Of a stretch of DNA of 32,000 nt, positions 9,975-18,215 are shown one piece after another. A program made the translations under genes and the position numbers. Location: assembly GCA_001657325.1 (NCBI GenBank), contig LWRO01000040.1, positions 1 to 32,000 of the forward strand, read 5' to 3'. The notes under the pieces are model-generated. The model worked only from the letters and a program-made list of their open reading frames with translations. It did not search any database and was not told the DNA's origin. How positions within the stretch are numbered: position 1 is the first letter of the stretch; each line of letters begins with the position of its first letter. Source of the stretch: Geitlerinema sp. BBD 1991-9 (GTDB taxonomy: Bacteria > Cyanobacteriota > Cyanobacteriia > Cyanobacteriales > Geitlerinemataceae).

Positions 9975-11612
9975 CTAATTCAACGCACTTAAACAAGGTC
10001 GATCGTCGAAACCCATGTTATTACGAACTTGCACGTGGCACGATCGAGAAATTTTGCCGCTGCCGCGATTGCTGACAACTGCGTTGTTCCGTCCTCCAGC
10101 ACTCGCCACAACGGTGATATCACTGCTGACGGTGTTGTTTTCGACACGCACGTTTTCCATGGAGTACGATCGATTGTTCGTATCGGCGACGACGTAGATA
10201 CTTTCGACACGATTTCGATCGATCGAGACGTTTTGAATATCACCAACTTTATACAATCCGAGATAAGCATTACTGCGGTTGTCGCGAATCGTTAACCCGT
10301 TGACGGTGGTTCCTCCACAACAGGCTTGAATGAGAATGCCTTCCCCATCGACGCTGAGATAACCCGTATCTCCCAAGCGATGACGGTAGACTTCGAGATC
10401 GTTTCCCTCAATTTCAACGTTCCATCCCGACCAATCGATCGCTCGGTTTTCGAGGGTATTTGCCCCTCGCGGCTGTTTGAGTCCGGTGGCATCCGTCCAC
10501 CAGATTTTATCGGGTTCGTCTCGCACGATGTTGTCTCGGATGACTAACCCCGTTCCAGCGGCGTGAATGCCGACGCGCATCGTGTGATACACCCAGTTGT
10601 CACGAATGACGATGCCGGGACGAAACAATTCGGGTGAGGTTTCGGGGGTTGCGGAGGGTTGAAACTGTCCCGATCGATTGACGACGATTCCGTAATGATT
10701 GCCGTAGTGAAAGGGGACTTTGCCACCGTCGCGGTAGGTTAGGATGTCGTTGCCGTTGAGTGACTTGACGGTGTAACCCGGTTGCTCGAAATTGTCGGTG
10801 ATGGCATCGTTGAGGCGGTTGTTGGCAACGAGGATGTTTTCGGCTGCGTCGATTTTAAGGTTGGCGGCGAAACGAGAACTGTAGCGAAACCACGGCTTTT
10901 GAAACGATCGATCGGGAACGTTCGGATCGGGTTCGGCGACGTTGTTGTTGCGCAGGCCGAAGATAATGATGTTGTGGGATTGAGTCGTTTTGGGATCGCC
11001 AGCCAACTGAACGGCGGCTCGATCGAGATCGATGTAAACGAGGCCGAAATTGGCATCTCGACCGGGGTGTTCGATCGAAATTTTTTTAAACGCCGTTTCG
11101 TTGGGGGTTCCGTTCCCTGAGAACTGGGGTTCGTATTGGGGAAACTCAAATCGCGTCGGGGGTTGGAAGTTTGGCGATTGGGCATCGGTTATCGTGGGAG
11201 TTTGTCCCCGAACGACAATGTTATCGGACAGAACCAGCGTGTCAGAGAATCGATAAACGCCTGCGGGAAAATAGATAACACCGCCTCCGTTGGCGATCGC
11301 GGCCGCTCGTGCCGCTCGAAATCGATCGTCGGCGTTGCGACCGGGAAACGCTTCGATATTGTAAACGCACTGCCAGCGAATTTCGTTCGTCCAAGGATAG
11401 GCGGATTCGCCGTAGTGCTGGGTGATGGGATTCGCCGTTTCACCAGATTTTGAGGTTCCGCAAGCGTTGACGATCGAGGGTTCGATCGAGCCTGGGGCGG
11501 ACGAAACCGCCTGACGACCGGGATAGGTGCGATAGAGCGCATAACTGCCAACGACGAAGAGGAGCGAGAGAACGGCGATCGAGGCATATCGCCACCAACG
11601 GTCAAACAGCAT
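9975..11612 (-). CDS. Right-handed beta-helix / pectate lyase-superfamily protein with N-terminal membrane anchor
   Basis: N-terminal TM; RAARAAAIANGGGVIYFPAGVYRFSDTLVLSDNIVVRGQ and repeated NNxVxx/IRDN beta-helix-like units. Confidence 0.8.
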   Translation of the reverse strand: MLFDRWWRYASIAVLSLLFVVGSYALYRTYPGRQAVSSAPGSIEPSIVNACGTSKSGETANPITQHYGESAYPWTNEIRWQCVYNIEAFPGRNADDRFRAARAAAIANGGGVIYFPAGVYRFSDTLVLSDNIVVRGQTPTITDAQSPNFQPPTRFEFPQYEPQFSGNGTPNETAFKKISIEHPGRDANFGLVYIDLDRAAVQLAGDPKTTQSHNIIIFGLRNNNVAEPDPNVPDRSFQKPWFRYSSRFAANLKIDAAENILVANNRLNDAITDNFEQPGYTVKSLNGNDILTYRDGGKVPFHYGNHYGIVVNRSGQFQPSATPETSPELFRPGIVIRDNWVYHTMRVGIHAAGTGLVIRDNIVRDEPDKIWWTDATGLKQPRGANTLENRAIDWSGWNVEIEGNDLEVYRHRLGDTGYLSVDGEGILIQACCGGTTVNGLTIRDNRSNAYLGLYKVGDIQNVSIDRNRVESIYVVADTNNRSYSMENVRVENNTVSSDITVVASAGGRNNAVVSNRGSGKISRSCHVQVRNNMGFDDRPCLSALN

Positions 11613-11758
11613 CTCGATTCCCTCTCGAACGGTACGAATCGCGGGGTTCCCAGTGGGGTTTGAATGCTTTTCTGTCGAGTGTCCCCATCCGGAACTTTTG
11701 ACTGTATCGTAGGGGAAAATGCTTCGATCGAGAAGTCACACCTCAAAAGGAGAGCGCT

Positions 11759-12259
11759 GTGGTGAAATACATCTGTTCGGTCACGATTTCCGCGTGTGCC
11801 GTTGCAACTGTTGCCAGTTTGATGTCGATCGAGCCGCGTGCGGCAATGGCGCAGACATCGATCGATAAAAAAACGCCCCCCATACAAGAAACGGTTATCG
11901 AACTCTCTTCGTCTCCTCTCGCCAATACCACTTGGAGGCTGGCATCGTGGAATGGTGAATCCGTTGCTGCCGATCTTCCTCCAATTACCGCTAATTTTTC
12001 AGCGGACGAGATTCGCGGGTCGGCGGGTTGTAATACCTATTTTGCAGGATACGAAATTTCTGGAACTGGAGAAATGACGGTGTCCCCAGCCGGTTCGACA
12101 CAAATGGCCTGCGAACCGGGCGTAATGGAGGCTGAGTTTCAGTATCTCACGGCGTTGTCAGGGACGACGGGCTTCGAGATCGATGCCAATGGAGATCTCC
12201 GTCTGATGTTTGATGGGGAATCGGACTCGGGACAAATGACGTTTTCCGCGATGCGATAG
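11759..12259 (+). CDS. META domain-containing (HslJ-like) secreted protein
   Basis: Signal peptide, then ANTTWRLASWNG...FSADEIRGSAGCNTYFAGYEISG...TQMACEPGVMEAEFQYLTAL, a META-domain signature. Confidence 0.85.
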   Translation: MVKYICSVTISACAVATVASLMSIEPRAAMAQTSIDKKTPPIQETVIELSSSPLANTTWRLASWNGESVAADLPPITANFSADEIRGSAGCNTYFAGYEISGTGEMTVSPAGSTQMACEPGVMEAEFQYLTALSGTTGFEIDANGDLRLMFDGESDSGQMTFSAMR

Positions 12260-12445
12260 TTTGAGGCGATCGAACACTGAGGGCCGTGTTGTTAGATGGC
12301 AATAGAATTCTATCCCAGTGTATTACAGGCCAATCCAGCGAAGCTTTCGTGTTTTTACGGATTTTAGAGCCAGATGACGCATTGATTTTGCGTAGATTCT
12401 TCTGGTCGAATTTTCAGGGGATTTTGCCAAAAAAACCGCGAAAAA

Positions 12446-13786
12446 CTACTTAGGGGTGACGGCGGTGCGAGAAGTGGTCTGTTTTTTCGATCGACGGACG
12501 AGGCGAGGCGGAATGGCATGAGCGGAAACACCGTAACGCGCGGCGGCTTCTGCCATGGTGAACGCGAGTAAGCGGGAGTCTCCGAGTTCGATCGATGGCT
12601 GGGGAACCGTTGGCGTAACCTCCAAGGCTTTGAGGATTTGTCGGGCCACCGATCGCGCTAACAGTGGAGGAACAGAGTTGCCAATTTGCCGAAAGCCGTG
12701 CCATTTGGTGACGTGGCAGCGAAACCAGTCGGGGTAACCGTGCAACCTCGCGGCTTCGCGCACGGTGATGCAGCGTGGACAGTGGGGGTGAATCGGACGG
12801 GGTGACGTGAACGCGCCGCGACTGCTGGGGGTTCCCGCTCGCAGGGTGTTGCAAATGCCGTTGGGATCGAGTCGGAGAAAGCGACTGATAGATTCGACTT
12901 GTCCCGGTTGGGTTTTCTGAAATCGATCGATCGACGGACGAGTGTGTCGGGTGCGCCGACTTCCGGTGAGGAGCTGTCGATCGAATTGTCTCGGATAGGC
13001 GAAATTTTCGGGATCGATCGTCAAACCCCGTAGGATCGCACCGTACTCGCTCGGTTCGCCGAATTCAGCCTTGACGGTATCTTCTAACATGAGTTCGGCA
13101 TAGTTCTCGATTTGCGGTAAGTCTTGCAACGCTTCTCCGACGGTGGGAGAGTTGGGCAAGCCGAGCAGTGCTTTCGATCGTCGTTTGGCGTTTGCGGGTT
13201 GGGTACGCGGTTCGGGATACCTCAACGGTGGAACGTTGCGATGGTAGCCGAGGAGAAATAGCCGTTCGCGATGTTGGGGAACGCCGTAATAGGAAGCGTT
13301 GAGTACGCGATAGGGCGTTACGACGTTGTAACCGTAATAATTGAATTTTTCGATAACTTCTTGGAGAAACTGTTGGTGTCTGCCGATCGCCATGCCTTTC
13401 ACGTTTTCCATGACGAAATATTTCGGTTGCAATGCCGAGACGAGGCGTAGAAAGTGAAAGACCAAACTGTTTCGAGGATCGTCGAGGAGACGTTTGCCGA
13501 TGAGGGAAAATCCCTGACAGGGAGGGCCGCCAAACACCACGTCTAACTGCCGTCCCCCGACTTGGTCGCGAATTTCTTCTGGTTTCACCTCGGCGACGCT
13601 GCGACAAATCACTGGTGTGTGGGGAAAGTTATATTCGTGAACGGCGCAGTGAACGGGATCGAGTTCGACGGCGGCTACTACGTCAAATCCCGCCTGCTCG
13701 AATCCGAGGCTCATTCCACCTGCTCCGGCAAACAGATCGATCGATGTCGGTCGCTCCATTGATTGTTCCTTGATTCGAGCCTCCAT
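12446..13786 (-). CDS. DNA (cytosine-5-)-methyltransferase
   Basis: Motif I DLFAGAGGMSLGFEQAGF, motif IV FGGPPCQGFS, motif VI MENVKG, motif VIII QHRERLFLLGY, motifs IX/X REAARLHGYPDWF...RQIGNSVPPLLA. Confidence 0.95.
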   Translation of the reverse strand: MEARIKEQSMERPTSIDLFAGAGGMSLGFEQAGFDVVAAVELDPVHCAVHEYNFPHTPVICRSVAEVKPEEIRDQVGGRQLDVVFGGPPCQGFSLIGKRLLDDPRNSLVFHFLRLVSALQPKYFVMENVKGMAIGRHQQFLQEVIEKFNYYGYNVVTPYRVLNASYYGVPQHRERLFLLGYHRNVPPLRYPEPRTQPANAKRRSKALLGLPNSPTVGEALQDLPQIENYAELMLEDTVKAEFGEPSEYGAILRGLTIDPENFAYPRQFDRQLLTGSRRTRHTRPSIDRFQKTQPGQVESISRFLRLDPNGICNTLRAGTPSSRGAFTSPRPIHPHCPRCITVREAARLHGYPDWFRCHVTKWHGFRQIGNSVPPLLARSVARQILKALEVTPTVPQPSIELGDSRLLAFTMAEAAARYGVSAHAIPPRLVRRSKKQTTSRTAVTPK

Positions 13787-13882
13787 TGTACTTGTGGGAT
13801 TTACGAGTGTCGATCGTAGAAGCGTTCTGTTTCGTTACATCGTAGTTTGGGAGGAAAGATCGATCGATTGGAGACTCACACC

Positions 13883-14428
13883 ATGGCCCATATCGAACTT
13901 CCCGAACTCCCCGGTATTGCAGCATTGTTGACCTATCGTCCCGACACGGGAATGCTACTCAACCAACTGGCTGACGTGTTGTTACGGGGGGAATCGCCCC
14001 TATCGCCAGGAGAGCGGGAACTCATGGCTGCCTATGTTTCGGCGTTAAATGAGTGTCAATTTTGTCGTGCGTCTCACGGAGCAGTGGCTCGACAGTTTCT
14101 CGAAGATGGCGAAAATGAAAATGTGGTTGAGGCGGCGATCTGTGACGTAGATAATGCTCCGATTAGTGAGAAGCTCAAAGCACTCCTGCACGTTGCGGCG
14201 AAGGTACAGATGGATGGGAAGCAGGTGAATGCGGAAGATATTCAACGGGCCAAAGCGGCGGGAGCGTGCGATCGATCGATTCACGATACGGTGTTGGTGG
14301 CGTCGGCGTTTTGTATGTACAACCGCTACGTCGATGGTTTGGGAACGCACCTTCCGCCGGATGCCACGATGTTCGATCGAGCGGCACGTCAAATTGCTGA
14401 GGTGGGTTATCGAAACAACTGGGTTTAA
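13883..14428 (+). CDS. Carboxymuconolactone decarboxylase / AhpD-like peroxidase-related family protein
   Basis: LSPGERELMAAYVSALNECQFCRASHGAVARQFL contains the CxxCxxxH motif. Start taken at ATGGCCCAT (13883); the track ORF starts at 13847. Confidence 0.85.
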   Translation: MAHIELPELPGIAALLTYRPDTGMLLNQLADVLLRGESPLSPGERELMAAYVSALNECQFCRASHGAVARQFLEDGENENVVEAAICDVDNAPISEKLKALLHVAAKVQMDGKQVNAEDIQRAKAAGACDRSIHDTVLVASAFCMYNRYVDGLGTHLPPDATMFDRAARQIAEVGYRNNWV

Positions 14429-14483
14429 AACCCCGCCCTTCTAGGGCGGCTTTACAATAGATGTTAGTGGTTAAACTGCCCAA

Positions 14484-15180
14484 ATGACACTTCGAGCGTT
14501 CCGATATCGCTTCTATCCCACTCCCGAACAAGAATCTGCGTCGGACGGTGGGGTGCGTGCGTCTCGTCTACAACAAGGCGTTGGCAGCGAGATCCCAGGC
14601 GTGGAAAGAGCGACAGGAGAAGGTGGGGTATCGCGAAACCTCGAAGATGTTGACGCAATGGAAGAAGGAAGAGGCGTTGCAGTTTCTCACAGAAGTCTCT
14701 GCTGTCCCCCTTCAACAAGGATTGCGCCATCTCGACAAGGGGTATCGAAATTTTTTCGGCGGACGTGCCAAGTCTCCCCGTTTCAAAAAGAAACGGAATG
14801 GAGGTAGCGCCACCTTTACCAAAGCGGCGTTTCGGTGGCGAGACAATTCCCTGTATTTAGCCAAATGCAACGCACCGCTCGACATCCGATGGAGTCGCCA
14901 ACTCCCCAAAGGAGCCGAACCTTCTACCGTCACGGTTCGACTCGACCCCTCGGGACGTTGGCACGTTTCCATCTTGATAGACGACGACACCGTTAAACCG
15001 TTGCCAAAGTCTGAGAAAAGCGTCGGTGTAGATGTGGGAATCGCCCATCTCGCCATCACCTCGGATGGTGAAAAAGTGAAAAATCCTCGCCTTTACAGTG
15101 AACAGCCAACAGTGAGCAGTGGACACTGCTCACTGCTCGCTGTTCACTGCTCACTGAAAAAGCGGTGGGACACACCGTGA
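14484..15180 (+). pseudogene. tnpB: TnpB-type RNA-guided endonuclease, frameshifted and internally deleted
   Basis: MTLRAFRYRFYPTPEQE (frame 1), then LRRTVGCVRLVYNKALAARSQAWKERQ (+1 frame), through VGVDVGIAHLAITSDGEKVKNPR (RuvC-I region), then a repeat insertion. No RuvC-II/III or complete zinc-finger region. Confidence 0.85.
15095..15156. repeat. Nested palindromic CAGTGARCAG repeat block inside the tnpB remnant
   Basis: Outer arms CAGTGAACAG (15096-15105) / CTGTTCACTG (15140-15149); inner arms CAGTGAGCAGT (15110-15120) / ACTGCTCACTG (15125-15135). Confidence 0.8.
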
Positions 15181-15358
15181 CCGCCTGTGGAGCGAGTGTA
15201 AGACTTGAAGGACATCGTTCCCGAGAGCAACTGCGAAAAACCCCTGAGCGCAGTTGAAGGGGAAGGAAACAGGAACCCAAATCGTGAGGTTTGGGAATCA
15301 CCGTCCTTCCAGGGCGGTGAGGATGTCAAGTTGGGGTTCTCCAACAGTTTCTCGATCG

Positions 15359-15742
15359 TTAGCTCGATCGTTCCTCAACGTCTAAAGCGTGGTCTTGTAA
15401 AACCTCGAGGGGAACGACTTGTAAGGTGTTTTCGTGGGTGGATGCGAGCAGGACGGGCGGCGCACAACCGGCATCTCGTGCTTCTTTCCACCGCAGGGCG
15501 CACAAGCACCATCGATCGCCGGGTTTCAAGCCGGGAAAGTGATACTCGGGAACGGGCGTACTGAGATCGTTGCCTTGAGATCGGGTGAATTCGAGAAATT
15601 CAGCGGTTATTTCCGCACAGATGACGTGGGAACCGAAATCTTCGAGTCCGGTGTTGCAGAAGCCATCGCGATAGAAGCCGGTGCGTGGGGAAAAACAGCA
15701 GGGTTCTAGGGGTTGACCCAGGACGTTTTTCGATCGTGTCAT
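15359..15742 (-). CDS. DUF2237 family protein
   Basis: 127 aa: NVLGQPLEPCCFSPRTGFYRDGFCNTGLEDFGSHVICAEITAEFLEFTRSQGNDLSTPVPEYHFPGLKPGDRWCLCALRW is characteristic of DUF2237. Confidence 0.9.
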   Translation of the reverse strand: MTRSKNVLGQPLEPCCFSPRTGFYRDGFCNTGLEDFGSHVICAEITAEFLEFTRSQGNDLSTPVPEYHFPGLKPGDRWCLCALRWKEARDAGCAPPVLLASTHENTLQVVPLEVLQDHALDVEERSS

Positions 15743-15810
15743 GATGGTTCGATCTCGTTGTGGGCGTTGTGGGAATTATGACAAATTCAAGGATCGATCG
15801 AAATGGGGGG

Positions 15811-16344
15811 TTAGCAATTTCGGTAAGTTGTTCGATCGTGACGGTAGAGGATATGAGGTAATCCGACGTGAAGAAACGCTCGATCGTGGTGAAATCCGAG
15901 TTTTTCCATGACCCGCTGTGAGGCTCGGTTGGTCGTTAGTGTAAAGCAGACGATTTCGCTGAGATGTAGTGTCTCAAATCCCACGTTTAAAACGGCTGTT
16001 CCCATTTCGGTCGCGAATCCGTTCCCCCAACGTTCTGAAACGACGGCGTACAACAGTTCGATTTCTTCAACGCCATCGACGAGACTGTGTTTTAAGCCGC
16101 AGTATCCGATGGATCGATCGATCGGTTTTTCTCGAAATATCCAAACGCCGAACTGGTAAGTTTCCCAATGGTTTAACATCCGTTGGAGTTTTTGTTGAAT
16201 GGTTGCTTCGGGAAACGGTTGTCCGTCAGCTGATAGGGTTTTCGCGACGTTTCGATCGCTCCAAATTTTTTGCAGAACGGTTCGATCTTCGGGTTGTAAG
16301 CGGTGGGAGATCGTTCGATCGGTTTCTAGGGTTTCGATCTTCAT
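15811..16344 (-). CDS. GNAT family N-acetyltransferase (RimJ/RimL-like)
   Basis: WETYQFGVWIFREKPIDRSIGYCGLKHSLVDGVEEIELLYAVVSERWGNGFATEMGTAVLNVGFETLHLSEIVCFTLTTNRASQRVMEKLGF. Confidence 0.88.
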   Translation of the reverse strand: MKIETLETDRTISHRLQPEDRTVLQKIWSDRNVAKTLSADGQPFPEATIQQKLQRMLNHWETYQFGVWIFREKPIDRSIGYCGLKHSLVDGVEEIELLYAVVSERWGNGFATEMGTAVLNVGFETLHLSEIVCFTLTTNRASQRVMEKLGFHHDRAFLHVGLPHILYRHDRTTYRNC

Positions 16345-16507
16345 TTTTTAAGAAAAGCATGAAAATTGAGTAATGGTAGGGTGTGTTACGCGGACAAAAA
16401 ATGGGTTTAAAATCCCGTTCATGAGATTTCCGCGTAACGCACCCAGCACTTTTGTACCGCTGCCCTAGGGTTTCGATCTTCATTTTTTAAGAAAAGTATG
16501 AAAATTA
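16327..16507. repeat. 42-bp direct repeats (16327-16368, 16466-16507) enclosing a small inverted-repeat-containing insert
   Basis: ctagggtttcgatcttcattttttaagaaaag[c/t]atgaaaatt occurs twice. Between them GGGTGTGTTACGCGG (16380-16394) pairs with CCGCGTAACGCACCC (16431-16445). Confidence 0.8.
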
Positions 16508-16740
16508 AAATTTTAGCTATTTACAATATCAAATTGTATTAAATTTTAGAGCCAGACTTTATATTATAGTTTGTCAGGCATGGATTTGTATTTGCTATAA
16601 TTAGAGTAAAAAGCAAAAATCATGACTTCATCTACAAAACGATACGCCAGCTATCCAGTAAGCATTCATGAATTTGAACTATGTCGCCAACTATGCCAAT
16701 CTAATAAAGGTATTCAAATCCTAAAAATAATTAAACCGTC

Positions 16741-17244
16741 GTGATTTATTTCATTACAGGCGGACAGCGTTCCGGCAAAAGCAAATTCGCTCAACAGTTA
16801 GCCAAACGCTTGTCGGACACACCGATTTATCTTGCCACATCGCGCGTTTGGGACGACAACCACTTGGCGCGAATTCGACGTCATCAGATCGATCGAGATG
16901 CGAGTTGGCGAACGGTGGAAGAAGAAAAATATATTTCCAAGCATCAATTTACGAGGGAAGTGGTGGTTCTCGACTGCATTACGCTTTGGCTGACAAACTT
17001 TTTCGCGGATACGGAATTCAACCTGGACGAGACGCTGGAACTGGCGAAAGGAGAACTTCTGGAATTTCTCGAGCAAGATTTTACGTTAATTGCCATTTCC
17101 AACGAAATCGGCATGGGATTGCACGGGGAACACGAAAGTGGACGGAAGTTTGTGGATTTGCAGGGGTGGATTAATCAATTCCTCGCCGAACGAGCGGATG
17201 AGGTGTTTTTTATGGTGTCGGGTTTGCCACTGAAGGTGAAGTAG
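16741..17244 (+). CDS. cobU: Bifunctional adenosylcobinamide kinase/adenosylcobinamide-phosphate guanylyltransferase
   Basis: GTG start; MIYFITGGQRSGKSKFAQQLA Walker A, YLATSRVWDD, HQIDRDASWRTVEE, VVLDCITLWLTN, ISNEIGMGLH; 167 aa. Confidence 0.92.
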   Translation: MIYFITGGQRSGKSKFAQQLAKRLSDTPIYLATSRVWDDNHLARIRRHQIDRDASWRTVEEEKYISKHQFTREVVVLDCITLWLTNFFADTEFNLDETLELAKGELLEFLEQDFTLIAISNEIGMGLHGEHESGRKFVDLQGWINQFLAERADEVFFMVSGLPLKVK

Positions 17245-17353
17245 TGGTGACGGAGACGGCGAGAACCCTGGAATCTCAAAGATGCCGGGGTTCTTTGGTT
17301 CAGAGATTACCGAGTTTCAACGCCCTATCTCGTGAATTAACGTATCGATCGAC

Positions 17354-17587
17354 TTAACTGTTGAAAATGGAATCGATCGAAACCGACAGTTCGGGAAACG
17401 TCGGCGAAACGATTCGATCGAGTTCTCGATAAGCCTTCATTTGATAAGTTCCACTTTCGTCAAGATAAAAAACAAATATCGTCGGTTCTTTCAAATTTCC
17501 CAAATAGCTATGACTGGCGATTGCCAAATAATTGACAATCCAATATTCAGGAATTCCAAAACGTTGATATTCCTCGAATTTATTCAC
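17354..17587 (-). pseudogene. Uma2 family endonuclease (DUF820) C-terminal remnant
   Basis: YVNKFEEYQRFGIPEYWIVNYLA...FPELSVSIDSIF. Upstream in the same frame an in-frame TAG interrupts EVVLKN*EDDYVNKFEEYQ. Confidence 0.75.
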
Positions 17588-17778
17588 GTAATCGTCTTCC
17601 TAATTTTTCAAAACCACTTCAACGTGATTTTTTTGCGAATGAGTTTTTGAGGAAACGTCACGATCGACCTCCAAATTTAGGGTGTACGAGCCAACTATCT
17701 CGAGCGTCGCGTCGAAGGTCTTAAACCGACGATGAAATGAGAGAGAATCGGGTGTTGGGGGCTGAGCTTGGCGACCCT

Positions 17779-18129
17779 TTACCGCGAACTAAAATTCAAG
17801 CAACTCAAAACATCTCGTACCGAGATATTCCAATCATTTAAAAGACTTAAAACAGGAAGTCGATCGTCATTTTGTTTGATTTCGGATTGTTCTCTCGGTT
17901 TAAAGATGGCGATCGACCGTTCTTCAGGATCGACGAGCCAACTGAGTTGAGTTCCGGCGTTGAGACAGAATAAGATATTGCTCATTACGCGAGTTGGACT
18001 TTGTTCGAGGGATAAAATTTCGATTGTCCAGTCCGGTGCGACTTCAAAGGTATTTTCAATTTCCCCTCGATCGTCCAGGGGAATCTTTTCCCAAGCAAAA
18101 ACAGAGATATCTGGAACGGTCGATCGCAT
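17779..18129 (-). pseudogene. Uma2 family endonuclease (DUF820), N-terminally truncated copy
   Basis: VPDISVFAWEKIP...APDWTIEILSLEQSPTRVMSNILFCLNAGTQLSWLVDPEERSIAIFKP; 116 aa, shorter than typical ~190-aa members. Confidence 0.75.
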
Positions 18130-18215
18130 CTTGGATTTTCCTCAAGGGGAGATTCAGGAAAAATTGACCGTCTGAAGTATCGGGTATCTGTCCTGTCCAG
18201 TTTAGGAGAAAACCG

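Larger units (their letters stand above)
14432..15329 (+). mobile_element. Degenerate IS200/IS605-type element carrying a tnpB remnant
   Basis: Left subterminal hairpin CCGCCCTTCTAGGGCGG and right CCGTCCTTCCAGGGCGG...GATGTCAAG bound a broken tnpB. No tnpA. Outer borders are approximate. Confidence 0.7.

Noticed and set aside
13065-13607. 180-aa ORF antisense or alternate frame within the methyltransferase gene
   Set aside because: Arg/Ser-rich shadow frame; the methyltransferase frame contains all conserved motifs.
12446-14428. A complete restriction-modification system or BREX/DISARM-type defence cluster around the methyltransferase
   Set aside because: Neighbours are META-domain, beta-helix and carboxymuconolactone decarboxylase-like proteins; no restriction, helicase or PglZ-like gene is present.
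14464-14807. Potential tnpA transposase beside tnpB
   Set aside because: The overlapping ORFs are frameshifted or antisense readings of tnpB. No Y1 transposase HUH motif was seen.
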